Shown here in pieces: positions 36,867 to 46,455 of a stretch of 64,000 nucleotides of DNA. The stretch's first letter is position 1. The number at the start of each line of letters is the position of its first letter. The DNA lies in assembly GCA_003528115.1 (NCBI GenBank), contig DOGZ01000017.1, forward strand, positions 8,795 through 72,794. Reading direction: 5' to 3'. This DNA is from Candidatus Omnitrophota bacterium. GTDB lineage: Bacteria; Omnitrophota; Gorgyraeia; Zapsychrales; Zapsychraceae. Under the pieces are notes generated by a model. The model worked only from the letters and a program-made list of their open reading frames with translations. It was not told the origin of the DNA and did no database searches. Position numbers and translations under genes: made by a program.

Positions 36867-37816
36867 TGAATGGGATATCCGTCTTTACCGGGAACGCTAA
36901 CCCTCAATTAGCGGAAGATATTTGTAAACAATTGGACGTCTCTTTGACTAAAGTGCTTGTTTCTCGTTTTAGCGAGGGGGAGATCCGGGTTGAGATCAAA
37001 GAAAATATAAGAGGCAAAGATGTTTTTATCATACAGCCGACGTGTCCTCCCACAAACGAAAATTTGATGGAGCTGTTGATTTTGATTGACGCGGCCCGGC
37101 GAGCGTCGGCGCAGCGTATCACCGCGGTTCTCCCGTATTATGGGTATGCCCGTCAGGATCGTAAAGATCAGCCGCGTGTTCCGATTACTGCCAAATTGGT
37201 GGCTAATTTGATTGTCTCGGCAGGGGCGCAACGCGTCTTGACTATGGATTTGCATGCGAATCAAATTCAGGGCTTTTTTGACATACCGGTTGATCATTTA
37301 TACGCTATTAATACGTTGTGTGATTATTTGAGCAGCAAAAAGTTGAAGAATTTGGTGGTGGTCTCGCCTGACGTGGGTGGGATTAAAATGTCGAGAGCGT
37401 ACGCCAAGAGATTAGGCGCGGGATTGGCCATCGTGGATAAACGCCGGTGGAGTCCTGAGAAAACGGAAGTCATGCATATCCTAGGAACAGTAAAGGGAAA
37501 GAATGCGGTGCTGGTCGATGACATTGTGGCCACGGGAGGGTCGTTGATCGAGGCCATTGATGTCCTTACTCAAAAAGGTGTTAAGGATGTCTACGCGACG
37601 GTGAGCCATGGCATTCTTTCGGGAGAGGCGGTTTCCCGCATTAAAAATTGCAAGGCTCTAAAAGAATTAGTAATTACGGATAGCATTCCTTTAACCAAAG
37701 AAAAGCGGGTCTCTAACATCCGCGTTGTTAGTGTCGCACCTCTTTTGGCTGAGGCTATCCGTCGAATACATGGGGAACAGTCTATTAGTTGTTTATTTGA
37801 TGAAACGAGGGCTTAA
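36866..37816 (+). CDS. prs: Ribose-phosphate pyrophosphokinase
   Basis: PRPP synthetase motifs are present. The start overlaps the glmU stop. Confidence 0.9.
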   Translation: MNGISVFTGNANPQLAEDICKQLDVSLTKVLVSRFSEGEIRVEIKENIRGKDVFIIQPTCPPTNENLMELLILIDAARRASAQRITAVLPYYGYARQDRKDQPRVPITAKLVANLIVSAGAQRVLTMDLHANQIQGFFDIPVDHLYAINTLCDYLSSKKLKNLVVVSPDVGGIKMSRAYAKRLGAGLAIVDKRRWSPEKTEVMHILGTVKGKNAVLVDDIVATGGSLIEAIDVLTQKGVKDVYATVSHGILSGEAVSRIKNCKALKELVITDSIPLTKEKRVSNIRVVSVAPLLAEAIRRIHGEQSISCLFDETRA

Positions 37817-37818
37817 AA

Positions 37819-38517
37819 ATGGAAGAAATTAAACTGGATGTGCAATTAAGAAATCAGTTAGGAAGTCGGAAAATCAAGAGTATTCGTCGGGAGGGTTTTA
37901 TCCCTGCTATTGTTTATGGCGCGGATGGCGGACCAACACCCATTAAAGTGGAGCAACGCAATTATAAGAAAATCATGCGGCTTCATAAAGGGCAATTTGT
38001 TGTTTTTCATTTGAATGTGTTGGAGGGGAGCAGGAAATTAAAAGATTATTCCGTTATTCTCAAAGAGGAACAACTGGATCCGGTTTCTGAGGAATTGGTT
38101 CATATCGATTTTCACCAGATTTCTTTAACGGAGAAAATTGAGGTTAAAGTCCCCGTTGCTACAAAGGGGGATCCTATCGGCGTGAAACAAGGCGGCGGAA
38201 CCCTCGAGCACGGGTTGTGGGAATTGGATGTGGTTTGTTTACCGACAAATATCCCTGAAAAGATCGAAATCGATGTCAGTCATTTAAATATAGGACAGGT
38301 TATCCATGTCAAAGATGTCATTTTGCCGGAAGGGGTAAGCACGAGGCATGATCCGGAATCTCTGGTTGTCTCGGTCGTTTATTCCATGAAAGAAAAAGAG
38401 ACGGAAGAGGCGGTGACGGAGGCTCCGAACGAACCTGAGGTTATAAAGGCAAAGAAAGAAACCAAAGAAACCAAAGAAGTCAAAGAAGCGGTAGAGGCCA
38501 AACCAAAAGAAAAATAG
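37819..38517 (+). CDS. ctc: 50S ribosomal protein bL25 / general stress protein Ctc, with K/E-rich tail
   Basis: L25 N-domain followed by a Ctc-type C-domain and a lysine/glutamate-rich tail. Confidence 0.85.
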   Translation: MEEIKLDVQLRNQLGSRKIKSIRREGFIPAIVYGADGGPTPIKVEQRNYKKIMRLHKGQFVVFHLNVLEGSRKLKDYSVILKEEQLDPVSEELVHIDFHQISLTEKIEVKVPVATKGDPIGVKQGGGTLEHGLWELDVVCLPTNIPEKIEIDVSHLNIGQVIHVKDVILPEGVSTRHDPESLVVSVVYSMKEKETEEAVTEAPNEPEVIKAKKETKETKEVKEAVEAKPKEK

Positions 38518-38560
38518 AAGAATTCTGAAAGATGATTACCTCTAACGCTTATTTATTTTA

Positions 38561-39154
38561 ATGTCCTCAACGTATCTGATCGTAGGTCTGGGCAATCCCG
38601 GAAAAGAGTACGAATATACGCGGCATAATCTTGGTTTTTTGGTTTTACGCCGCTTGGCGGAAAAACTTAACCGTCGATTTAAAATCAGCTCTTTAACAAA
38701 TGGTTTGATGGCAGAAGGACAAATTCAAGAAAAAAACGTCTGTCTTTTGATGCCGATGACCTTTATGAATAATTCAGGGGTTGCCGTCAGCCAGGTCACG
38801 GCCAAGAAAAATGTATCCCCTAAAAACCTGCTTGTGGTGTGTGATGATTTGAATTTAAATTTTGGTCAAATCCGTTTAAGGTCTAAAGGAAGTGATGGCG
38901 GACATAACGGTCTGAATTCAGTTATTCATCACTTGGGGACAGAGGAGTTCTTGCGGTTGCGCATGGGGGTAGGACATCCGGGGCACAAGCTAGACGTTGT
39001 TGACTACGTCCTTGCTGAGTTTAAGCCAAAGGAAAAAGAATACCTAGAGAATTTTATCGGTGAGGCGACAGGGTGTTGTCTCACATGGGTAAGTGAAGGA
39101 ATAAAAAAAGGAATGGAGCAGTACAACAGAAGGAAAGAAAATGGAAAAGAGTGA
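38561..39154 (+). CDS. pth: Peptidyl-tRNA hydrolase
   Basis: LIVGLGNPG and HNG motifs. Confidence 0.85.
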   Translation: MSSTYLIVGLGNPGKEYEYTRHNLGFLVLRRLAEKLNRRFKISSLTNGLMAEGQIQEKNVCLLMPMTFMNNSGVAVSQVTAKKNVSPKNLLVVCDDLNLNFGQIRLRSKGSDGGHNGLNSVIHHLGTEEFLRLRMGVGHPGHKLDVVDYVLAEFKPKEKEYLENFIGEATGCCLTWVSEGIKKGMEQYNRRKENGKE

Positions 39155-39476
39155 ATTAGTCAGAAAGTATGAATTGGTTGTTATTGTCGACGCAAAATTG
39201 ACACAAGAAGAAAAAGAAACCATTTACAAAGAAGCCACAGATGCCGTAACTAAAGGAGGTGCTAAAATTATTAATAATCATGTGTGGCTCGAAAAGCATA
39301 AATTTACTTTCCGTATCAAGAAGTGTCATGAAGGAACTTATTATCTGATTGCTTTTGAAGGGGAGGGTTCTGAGATTGAAAAGATCAAATCCGTGTTAAG
39401 GGTAAACGAACGCGTTCTTCGTTTTGCCATCACGCAGGGTAAGTCCCCTTATGTCGTCGAAGCGGGACGTATCTAA
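39141..39476 (+). CDS. rpsF: 30S ribosomal protein bS6
   Basis: YELVVIV N-terminus, the right size, and the rpsF-ssb-rpsR context. Confidence 0.85.
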   Translation: MEKSELVRKYELVVIVDAKLTQEEKETIYKEATDAVTKGGAKIINNHVWLEKHKFTFRIKKCHEGTYYLIAFEGEGSEIEKIKSVLRVNERVLRFAITQGKSPYVVEAGRI

Positions 39477-39565
39477 ACAGAACAATATCAACCTTACCGA
39501 CTTTAATAGTCTTTAAGGGCGGTGGTCAATTTTAAAATGAGCGTTTGAGTTTGAAGGAGGTTAGA

Positions 39566-40006
39566 ATGGCGAATTTAAATAAAGTTTTTTTAATTGGTAA
39601 TTTAACCCGAGATCCAGAATTGCGTTACACTCCTGGAGGAACGGCAGTCGCCAATTTAGGCATAGCCGTTAACAGACGGTTTAAAGACAGTTCTGGCGAG
39701 TTAAAAGATGAAGTTTGTTTTCTTACGGTTACGGTCTGGGATAAACAGGCTGAGGCCTGCTGCCAATATTTACAGAAGGGTCGTCCTGTATTTGTGGAAG
39801 GTGTTTTACAGTCGAGATTTTGGGAGACCAGTGATGGCCAGAAGAGAAGCGCCATAGACGTGCGCGCGGAGAGAGTCCAGTTTTTAGGGAGTTACGGAGC
39901 CAGTAAAGAGAAAGATGCCGCAAAACCCGAAGAGGTGGAAATGGCTGACGTGATTAGCCAACAATCAGAAGCTATTAAACCAGATGATATTGCCTGGGAT
40001 GAATAA
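39566..40006 (+). CDS. ssb: Single-stranded DNA-binding protein
   Basis: OB-fold N-terminus (NKVFLIGNLTRDPELRYT) and an acidic C-terminus. RBS GAAGGAGG. Confidence 0.85.
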   Translation: MANLNKVFLIGNLTRDPELRYTPGGTAVANLGIAVNRRFKDSSGELKDEVCFLTVTVWDKQAEACCQYLQKGRPVFVEGVLQSRFWETSDGQKRSAIDVRAERVQFLGSYGASKEKDAAKPEEVEMADVISQQSEAIKPDDIAWDE

Positions 40007-40030
40007 TTTAATTTTAAGGAGGAAAGACCG

Positions 40031-40279
40031 TTGATAAAGAATGATAATAAAAGAAGAATAATAAACCGCCAAAGAAACACGGTTAAATTTCAATTGTCCA
40101 AAGACGCTCAAATTGATTATAAAAATCTTGGGTTATTGCAAAAATATGTCAATGAGCGTGGTAAGATTGTCCCTCGACGCATATCGGGTGTGACCGCCAG
40201 GGAGCAAAGAGCGTTGGTTTTGGCCATTAAAAGAGCCAGGTTTTTAGCCCTTTTGACAACAGGCGGGGTTAAAAAATAA
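40031..40279 (+). CDS. rpsR: 30S ribosomal protein bS18
   Basis: [11 protein letters not shown]...[12 protein letters not shown]. The start is TTG with an AAGGAGG RBS. Confidence 0.85.
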   Translation: MIKNDNKRRIINRQRNTVKFQLSKDAQIDYKNLGLLQKYVNERGKIVPRRISGVTAREQRALVLAIKRARFLALLTTGGVKK

Positions 40280-40461
40280 CTGTTTATGGTGTGTGGATTT
40301 TTTCAAATCCTGGTGTGCTCGCGTCATTTCATGCCGGGGAAACGAAAAAAAATTAACACACGCTGAAAGACATAAAATTTAAAACAAAATCAGTATAATC
40401 ATTGACCCACGCGGATTAATTTATTTATGCGGAAGTCAATGGTTGATGCCGGGAGATCCTT

Positions 40462-40905
40462 ATGGAAGTAATATTGTCGCAAGATGTTCAGAAACTAGGT
40501 AAAGTCGGGGAGGTCGTCAAGGTTAAAGATGGTTATGCCCGAAATCTCCTTTTCCCCCAAAAGTTAGCCTATTTAGCCACCCCTGTAAATCTTAAAAGAA
40601 TTGAACAACTCGAGAAAAAGAGAAAGATACAGTTTGAGAAGGATAAACAAGAAGCTTTGACCTTGGCGGAAAAGTTAAATAAACTTTCCTGCACGGTGAG
40701 TGTTGAGGTGAATGATTTAGAACGCCTTTACGGATCCATCAATGAAAATGATATTGTTAAAGCCATGGAAATGGAAGGTTTTAGCATAGATAAGAAAACC
40801 ATTATTATAGAGAAACCCATTGAAGAATTAGGTATTTTTGAGGTCGGTATCAAACTTCATCCTGAAGTGATAGCCAAAATACGTCTATGGGTTACGAAGA
40901 AATAA
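40462..40905 (+). CDS. rplI: 50S ribosomal protein bL9
   Basis: MEVIL...VKVKDGYARN N-terminus. Confidence 0.85.
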   Translation: MEVILSQDVQKLGKVGEVVKVKDGYARNLLFPQKLAYLATPVNLKRIEQLEKKRKIQFEKDKQEALTLAEKLNKLSCTVSVEVNDLERLYGSINENDIVKAMEMEGFSIDKKTIIIEKPIEELGIFEVGIKLHPEVIAKIRLWVTKK

Positions 40906-42218
40906 GAATCCCTCCACAGAATATCGAAGCTGAGAAATCTGTTTTGGGGTCCATGCTCATCGACGAAGAGGCCATCGGTATGGCAGTCGAAATTTTGGAT
41001 GAGACATGGTTTTATGACGATGCTCACCGGAAAATTTATAAGGCCGTCATTGAGCTCTATAATAGTCATAAAAATGTCGATCTCATAACACTCTGCGACA
41101 AATTAAAAAATGATGGTCTCCTGGAACAAGTGGGAGGCGTTACCTACCTTTCAGTCCTTATCGATTTTGTTCCTACCTCCGCAAACGTTGAACATTATGC
41201 CCAGATCGTCAAAGAAAAAGGTGTTTTAAGAAGACTGATTCATAATGCCACCCAGATCGTTTCCGAAAGCTATGAAGCCAAAGGCAATGTCGAAGATGTG
41301 GTTGATCGTGCGGAGAAACTCATTTTTGAGATAGCGGATCTAAAACAAAAACAACAGTCAGTTCACATCAAAGATTTAGTGAAAGAAAGCATTGAAACCA
41401 TTGATCGGCTTTATAAAAGAAAACAGCATATTACGGGGATCGCAACGGGTTTTGAGAAATTTGACGCAATGACGTCGGGGCTTCAGAAGTCGGATTTGGT
41501 CATTGTCGCCGGACGTCCGTCAATGGGGAAAAGTGCTTTAGCCGTTTCTATGGGAGAGAAGATCGGCATTGAATTGAAAGAGGGGGTGGCGTTCTTCAGC
41601 CTTGAGATGTCCAAAGAACAGCTTGTTCAGAGAATGCTGTGTTCGCAGGCGCGTGTGGACGCGCACAAGTTAAGGTCCGGTTTTTTGTCTCCGTCGGATT
41701 GGCCGAAGTTAACGGCGGCAGCCGGGAGGCTTTCTGAATCAAAAATTTTTATAGATGACACACCGGCGATTTCCGTCTTGGAATTACGTGCTAAGGCCAG
41801 ACGTCTAAAGGCGAATTACGATATTCAACTGATTGTTTTAGATTATCTTCAATTAATGAGGAGCACGACGAAATCCGACAACCGTCAGCAGGAAATTTCC
41901 GAAATATCCCGCTCTCTTAAAGCCTTGGCGCGGGAATTAAGCGTGCCGGTCATCGCGTTAAGCCAGTTGTCACGGGCGGTTGAATCCAGACAGGATCATC
42001 GTCCTCAACTTTCTGATTTGCGAGAATCCGGCGCTATCGAACAGGACGCGGATCTGGTCGTCCTTCTTATGCGAGAAGAATATTATAATCCTACCGAGCA
42101 GAACAAGGGCGTTGCCGACGTGATTATCGCCAAACAAAGAAACGGCCCCGTGGGAACGATTAAACTTGCCTTCATCAAAGAATATATGCGGTTTGAAAAT
42201 CTTGCATATGTTGATTGA
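40887..42218 (+). CDS. dnaB: Replicative DNA helicase
   Basis: PQNIEAEKSVLG N-terminus, Walker A GRPSMGKSA, RecA-like core. There is no intein-sized insertion. Confidence 0.85.
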   Translation: MGYEEIRIPPQNIEAEKSVLGSMLIDEEAIGMAVEILDETWFYDDAHRKIYKAVIELYNSHKNVDLITLCDKLKNDGLLEQVGGVTYLSVLIDFVPTSANVEHYAQIVKEKGVLRRLIHNATQIVSESYEAKGNVEDVVDRAEKLIFEIADLKQKQQSVHIKDLVKESIETIDRLYKRKQHITGIATGFEKFDAMTSGLQKSDLVIVAGRPSMGKSALAVSMGEKIGIELKEGVAFFSLEMSKEQLVQRMLCSQARVDAHKLRSGFLSPSDWPKLTAAAGRLSESKIFIDDTPAISVLELRAKARRLKANYDIQLIVLDYLQLMRSTTKSDNRQQEISEISRSLKALARELSVPVIALSQLSRAVESRQDHRPQLSDLRESGAIEQDADLVVLLMREEYYNPTEQNKGVADVIIAKQRNGPVGTIKLAFIKEYMRFENLAYVD

Positions 42219-42267
42219 CATCTAAATTGATTGTCCGTATAATCAGTCAAATTTGAGGGGCCAAATC

Positions 42268-44604
42268 ATGAAAAAAAATATATTTTTTATAACTTTTTTA
42301 TTTTTCAGCATCTTTCTTCCTTCCGTAAGTGTTTTCTCCCAACCCGCTTTTGAGCAGGCTGTTTCGGAGTCGGCCGTTGAAGAAACGGCAAAAGTTGTTA
42401 AGGCCATTGAAGTTAAGGGCAATAAAACTATCAGTCTCGCGACCATTCTTTCTAAGATTAAAACCCGGGTCGGTCAGGAGTACTTACAGACGGTTATCAG
42501 TGATGATTTAAAGAGATTGTACAATACCGGATTTTTTTCAGATGTTCGGGTTGATCGGCAAGATTATGAGGGGGGGCTGAAAGTTGTCATATACCTTGAT
42601 GAGAAATCTGTTATAGAAGAGGTTACTTTTTCTAAGACCCGCTATTTGAAATCGCGCGCTTTAAGTAAGAAAATCAAATCGCAGGTGGGGAAATTTCTGG
42701 ATAACAAATCTCTTGCTGATGATATAGAAACAATAAAGGACCTGTATGCTAAAAAAGGGTTAACGATGGTAGAAGTTGAACCGGAAACCTTTGTGGATGA
42801 TGTTTCCAATAAAGCCACGGTGCATTTTGTTATCCGCGAAGGGCATCGTGTTAAGATCACCCGAATTAATATTTATGGTAATGACACCTTTCGTAACAAG
42901 AAAATCCTTAAGGTGATTAAGACACGCAAGAAATCATTGTTTACGTCCGGGAATCTTAAAGAAGATGTGCTGAAAGAAGACATGGAGCGGATTACCTCTT
43001 ATTATGAGCAGGAAGGTTTTATAGATGCCAAGGCTGAGTATGCCCTCGATCATTTGGTGAAAGGGCGTTTGGCGGTGAACATTCAAATTTCTGAAGGAAA
43101 AAGATATTCCGTGGGACGTGTTAAGATCGGGGGGAACCAAGTTATCTCCGAGAAAGAGGTTCTCAAAGCCATAGAGTCTATTAAAGAAGGAAATGTTTTT
43201 AGCCGCGCCAAATTGTCCGTTGACCTGGCTAACATACGAACGCTTTATTTTGACCGCGGATATATTTTTGCCGATGTCAAAGAATCAACATCTCTTGATT
43301 CTGTAACGGGAAACGTGGAAGTCAGTATTGATATTGTGGAAGGCGGGTTGGCGTATATTGAGCAGATTAAGATCCAGGGGAACACGCGCACGCGGGATAT
43401 CGTCATCCGCCGGGAACTGAAAATGTATCCCGGAGATCGTTTTGATGGAGCTAAATTGCGTCGCAGTAAAGATCGATTGAACAATTTAGGTTATTTCGAA
43501 GACGTAAGTTTTGATGTCGAAGATACGGATACTCTTGATAGAAAAAATTTACTTGTTCAAATCAAAGAAGCCAAAACGGGAACATTCAGTTTCGGCGGCG
43601 GCTTTAGTACGGTGGATCAGATTGTCGGTTTTATTGAAGTAGAGCAAAGGAATTTTGATTTTACGAATTGGCCGACATTTACCGGTGGAGGACAGAATCT
43701 TCAATTGCGGGCAGAGACGGGGTCAACGAAAAATAATTTGATGTTAAGCTTTACGGAACCATGGCTTTTTGATTATCCTATTTCAGGAGGCTTCGACATC
43801 TTCCGGATGCAAAGGAACAGGGAGAGGGATATTGGTTATGCCTACGATGAAGAAAAAATCGGAGGGGCTCTCCGGTTCGGTAAGCAGTTCTCCGATTATC
43901 TCTCAGGAGGATTGACGTATAGAAATGAAAGAATAACCATTGAAAATTTGGAATCAGGGGTTTCGTCCGATTTGGCTTCAGAAGAAGGATCAAATACCGT
44001 CAGCACACTGGGGACGACCTTGACAAGAGACACGCGGGATAGTGTTTTTAGCCCAACGCAGGGGATTGTTCTTAATGGCGGGATTGATGTGGCTGGAGGT
44101 CCTTTGAGCGGCGACAAGGATTTTTATAGGATTCAGGGGAGGGGGAGTTATTATGTTCCCTTTAAGTTTAATTCTGTTGTAGAATTTCGTTTGCGCGGCG
44201 GCATTGTCAACGATTATGGAGATTCAGACAAGGTGCCGATTTTTGAACGTTTTTTTGCCGGCGGCGCCAAAACGATTCGTGGGTATAATGAACGTAAGGT
44301 TGGTCCATTGGATTCCAGTACGGAAGATCCAATAGGTGGAGAAAGCCTGCTCGTTGCAAATGTGGAATACACTGTTCCTATCATTGAAGCAGTAAAACTA
44401 GCGGCTTTCTTAGATACGGGTAATGTGTGGAAAGATGTTGATGATTTTGGTTCCGGTGATTTTAAATCCGGCACCGGGGTCGGGGTGAGGGTCAAAACGC
44501 CGATAGGGCCTATCAATCTGGATTATGGTTATCCATTAAGTGATGAACCGGGGGAAGAGAGCCGTTCGGGGAAATTTTATTTTAGTGTGAGCCGGGGATT
44601 CTAG
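42268..44604 (+). CDS. bamA: Outer membrane protein assembly factor BamA
   Basis: Signal peptide, five POTRA-like repeats, and a C-terminal Omp85 barrel ending in an aromatic residue. Confidence 0.85.
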   Translation: MKKNIFFITFLFFSIFLPSVSVFSQPAFEQAVSESAVEETAKVVKAIEVKGNKTISLATILSKIKTRVGQEYLQTVISDDLKRLYNTGFFSDVRVDRQDYEGGLKVVIYLDEKSVIEEVTFSKTRYLKSRALSKKIKSQVGKFLDNKSLADDIETIKDLYAKKGLTMVEVEPETFVDDVSNKATVHFVIREGHRVKITRINIYGNDTFRNKKILKVIKTRKKSLFTSGNLKEDVLKEDMERITSYYEQEGFIDAKAEYALDHLVKGRLAVNIQISEGKRYSVGRVKIGGNQVISEKEVLKAIESIKEGNVFSRAKLSVDLANIRTLYFDRGYIFADVKESTSLDSVTGNVEVSIDIVEGGLAYIEQIKIQGNTRTRDIVIRRELKMYPGDRFDGAKLRRSKDRLNNLGYFEDVSFDVEDTDTLDRKNLLVQIKEAKTGTFSFGGGFSTVDQIVGFIEVEQRNFDFTNWPTFTGGGQNLQLRAETGSTKNNLMLSFTEPWLFDYPISGGFDIFRMQRNRERDIGYAYDEEKIGGALRFGKQFSDYLSGGLTYRNERITIENLESGVSSDLASEEGSNTVSTLGTTLTRDTRDSVFSPTQGIVLNGGIDVAGGPLSGDKDFYRIQGRGSYYVPFKFNSVVEFRLRGGIVNDYGDSDKVPIFERFFAGGAKTIRGYNERKVGPLDSSTEDPIGGESLLVANVEYTVPIIEAVKLAAFLDTGNVWKDVDDFGSGDFKSGTGVGVRVKTPIGPINLDYGYPLSDEPGEESRSGKFYFSVSRGF

Positions 44605-44629
44605 AATTTTTGAGGAATCCTCAGGTAAA

Positions 44630-44660
44630 AACTCTTTAGTGTTCTAAACATTAAAGAGTT
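44630..44660. repeat. 9-bp inverted repeat AACTCTTTA-n13-TAAAGAGTT downstream of bamA
   Basis: Read directly. An AT-rich flank follows. Confidence 0.4.
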
Positions 44661-44731
44661 AATTTATATGTGGAAATATCCGGATTATTTTAGGCACGAT
44701 AACTTGGTTTTTTAAAAAAAGGGAGGGGATC

Positions 44732-45253
44732 ATGAAAGGGAATCAAATTGTTCTAGGTGTTGTTCTTGTTTCTATGCTTTTTTTTACAGGAGGTAATGTC
44801 TCCGCGGAAAAGACCGACAAAAAAATAGGTTATGTGGATTTAAGTAAATTGTTCGATGAATATGAAAAAACTAAAGAATACGATAAGGTCTTAGAGACCA
44901 AAACGAAGGAATTTGAGGCTGAACGAAACGCGAAGATTGAGAAAATTCGTGAGGTTCAGGGAAAAGTAGGACTCTTGGCGGACGAAGAAAAAAAGAAAAC
45001 AGAAGAAGAAATGGAAAAACTGAAGGCGGATTTATTGGAGTTTGATCGTCAGAAAAAAACGGATTTAACAAAGGAACGTAATGAGAAAATCCGAGAGATA
45101 TTGCTTGAAATAGAAAAAATTGTTAGTGATTATGCGGAAAAGGAAAAATATTCCGTTATTCTTAATGATCGCGTTCTTATTTTTGGAGATCCCAGCATGA
45201 ATGTGACTGAAGATGTTCTGAAAGTCCTTAATGATAAATCTAAAAAGAATTAA
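44732..45253 (+). CDS. skp: Periplasmic chaperone Skp (OmpH family)
   Basis: Signal peptide and a coiled-coil OmpH architecture. Position is between bamA and lpxD. Confidence 0.8.
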   Translation: MKGNQIVLGVVLVSMLFFTGGNVSAEKTDKKIGYVDLSKLFDEYEKTKEYDKVLETKTKEFEAERNAKIEKIREVQGKVGLLADEEKKKTEEEMEKLKADLLEFDRQKKTDLTKERNEKIREILLEIEKIVSDYAEKEKYSVILNDRVLIFGDPSMNVTEDVLKVLNDKSKKN

Positions 45254-45285
45254 GATTGTTATGCTGGAAATAAGTTTCTTGGTCA

Positions 45286-45318
45286 GAAAACCCAATAGCT
45301 GTTAGTTATGGGGTTTTC
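45286..45318 (+). terminator. Hairpin (GAAAACCC-n17-GGGTTTTC) with U-rich 3' arm downstream of skp
   Basis: 8-bp perfect stem, 33 nt after the skp stop. Possible intrinsic terminator or attenuator ahead of lpxD. Confidence 0.35.
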
Positions 45319-45408
45319 TCAGTAGTAGAGGGCATCGGGCATTGTAAGAGCCGTTAAAGACGTCCGCACAAGTAACAGCTTACATGAGTTGTTTGACCTC
45401 CGATAGGA

Positions 45409-46455
45409 TTGGAAATGCACAAAACGCTAGCTGAGATAGCATCTTTAGTTGATGGAGAATTTGTCGGGGATGGGAATTTAATTTTAAGAGGGCTGAGTGG
45501 GGTCAAGGAAGCTAAAGAGGGTGACCTTACTTTTGTTGTAAATTCCAAATTTTTGTCACTCTGCAAAATAACGAAGGCCTCCGCGATCATTATCCCCAGG
45601 GACATGGAAATCACGGGTAAACCCTTCATCCGAACCGATAATCCTTCCATTGCTTTTTCGAAGATCGTTGGCATTGTTTCGGAGTGTGAGATTCCTTTCC
45701 ATCCCCAAGGGATTCATAAAACAGCTGTTATAGGTCAAGATGTGATCCTTGGAGAGAATGTGGCGGTGGGACCTTTCACTGTGATCGAACAGGGCGTGAG
45801 GATTGGGGATAATACGATTATTTATAGTGGATGTTACGTCGGGCCAAAAACAATTATAGGTCAAAATTGTTTAATTTACCCTCAGGTCACTATTAGAGAT
45901 CGTACAAGTATAGGCAGCCGGGTTATTATTCACAGTGGTACTGTAATTGGGGCCGATGGTTTTGGATATGAACAGGTGAATGGGGTTCATCAAAAAATTC
46001 CGCAAATCGGAACCGTTCAAATAGAAGATGATGTTGAGATCGGGGTGAACGTTGCCATTGATCGGGCCCGTTTCGATAAAACAATCATTGGCAAAGGGAC
46101 AAAAATTGATAATCTGGTTCAGATTGGCCATAATGTTGTGATAGGCGAAAATTGTATTATTACGGCTCAGGTGGGGATATCCGGAAGCACGACGGTGGGA
46201 AATGGGGCTATCCTAGCTGGTCAGGTCGGCGTTGTGGGGCATATAAAAATTGGTGAAGGCGCGGTCGTCGCCTCAAGGGCGGTTGTTATGAAATCTGTTC
46301 CGCCGCAGTGCATGGTTTCAGGTTTTCCAGCCAGGCCGCATGCTCAGGCAAAAAGGGTTAATGCCTGTCTGCAGAGGTTGCCCTATTATGTGCGCACGAT
46401 TCATGAATTGATGAAACGGATTGAAGAATTAGAGAAAGATATTAGTAAAAGGTAA
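45409..46455 (+). CDS. lpxD: UDP-3-O-acylglucosamine N-acyltransferase
   Basis: LpxD N-domain followed by an LbH domain. Confidence 0.85.
   Translation: MEMHKTLAEIASLVDGEFVGDGNLILRGLSGVKEAKEGDLTFVVNSKFLSLCKITKASAIIIPRDMEITGKPFIRTDNPSIAFSKIVGIVSECEIPFHPQGIHKTAVIGQDVILGENVAVGPFTVIEQGVRIGDNTIIYSGCYVGPKTIIGQNCLIYPQVTIRDRTSIGSRVIIHSGTVIGADGFGYEQVNGVHQKIPQIGTVQIEDDVEIGVNVAIDRARFDKTIIGKGTKIDNLVQIGHNVVIGENCIITAQVGISGSTTVGNGAILAGQVGVVGHIKIGEGAVVASRAVVMKSVPPQCMVSGFPARPHAQAKRVNACLQRLPYYVRTIHELMKRIEELEKDISKR

Noticed and set aside
38440-38517. Repetitive GAAACCAAAGAAACCAAAGAAGTCAAAGAAG DNA that could be mistaken for a tandem repeat element
   Set aside because: It encodes the in-frame K/E-rich C-terminal tail of bL25/Ctc. 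It is not a non-coding repeat.
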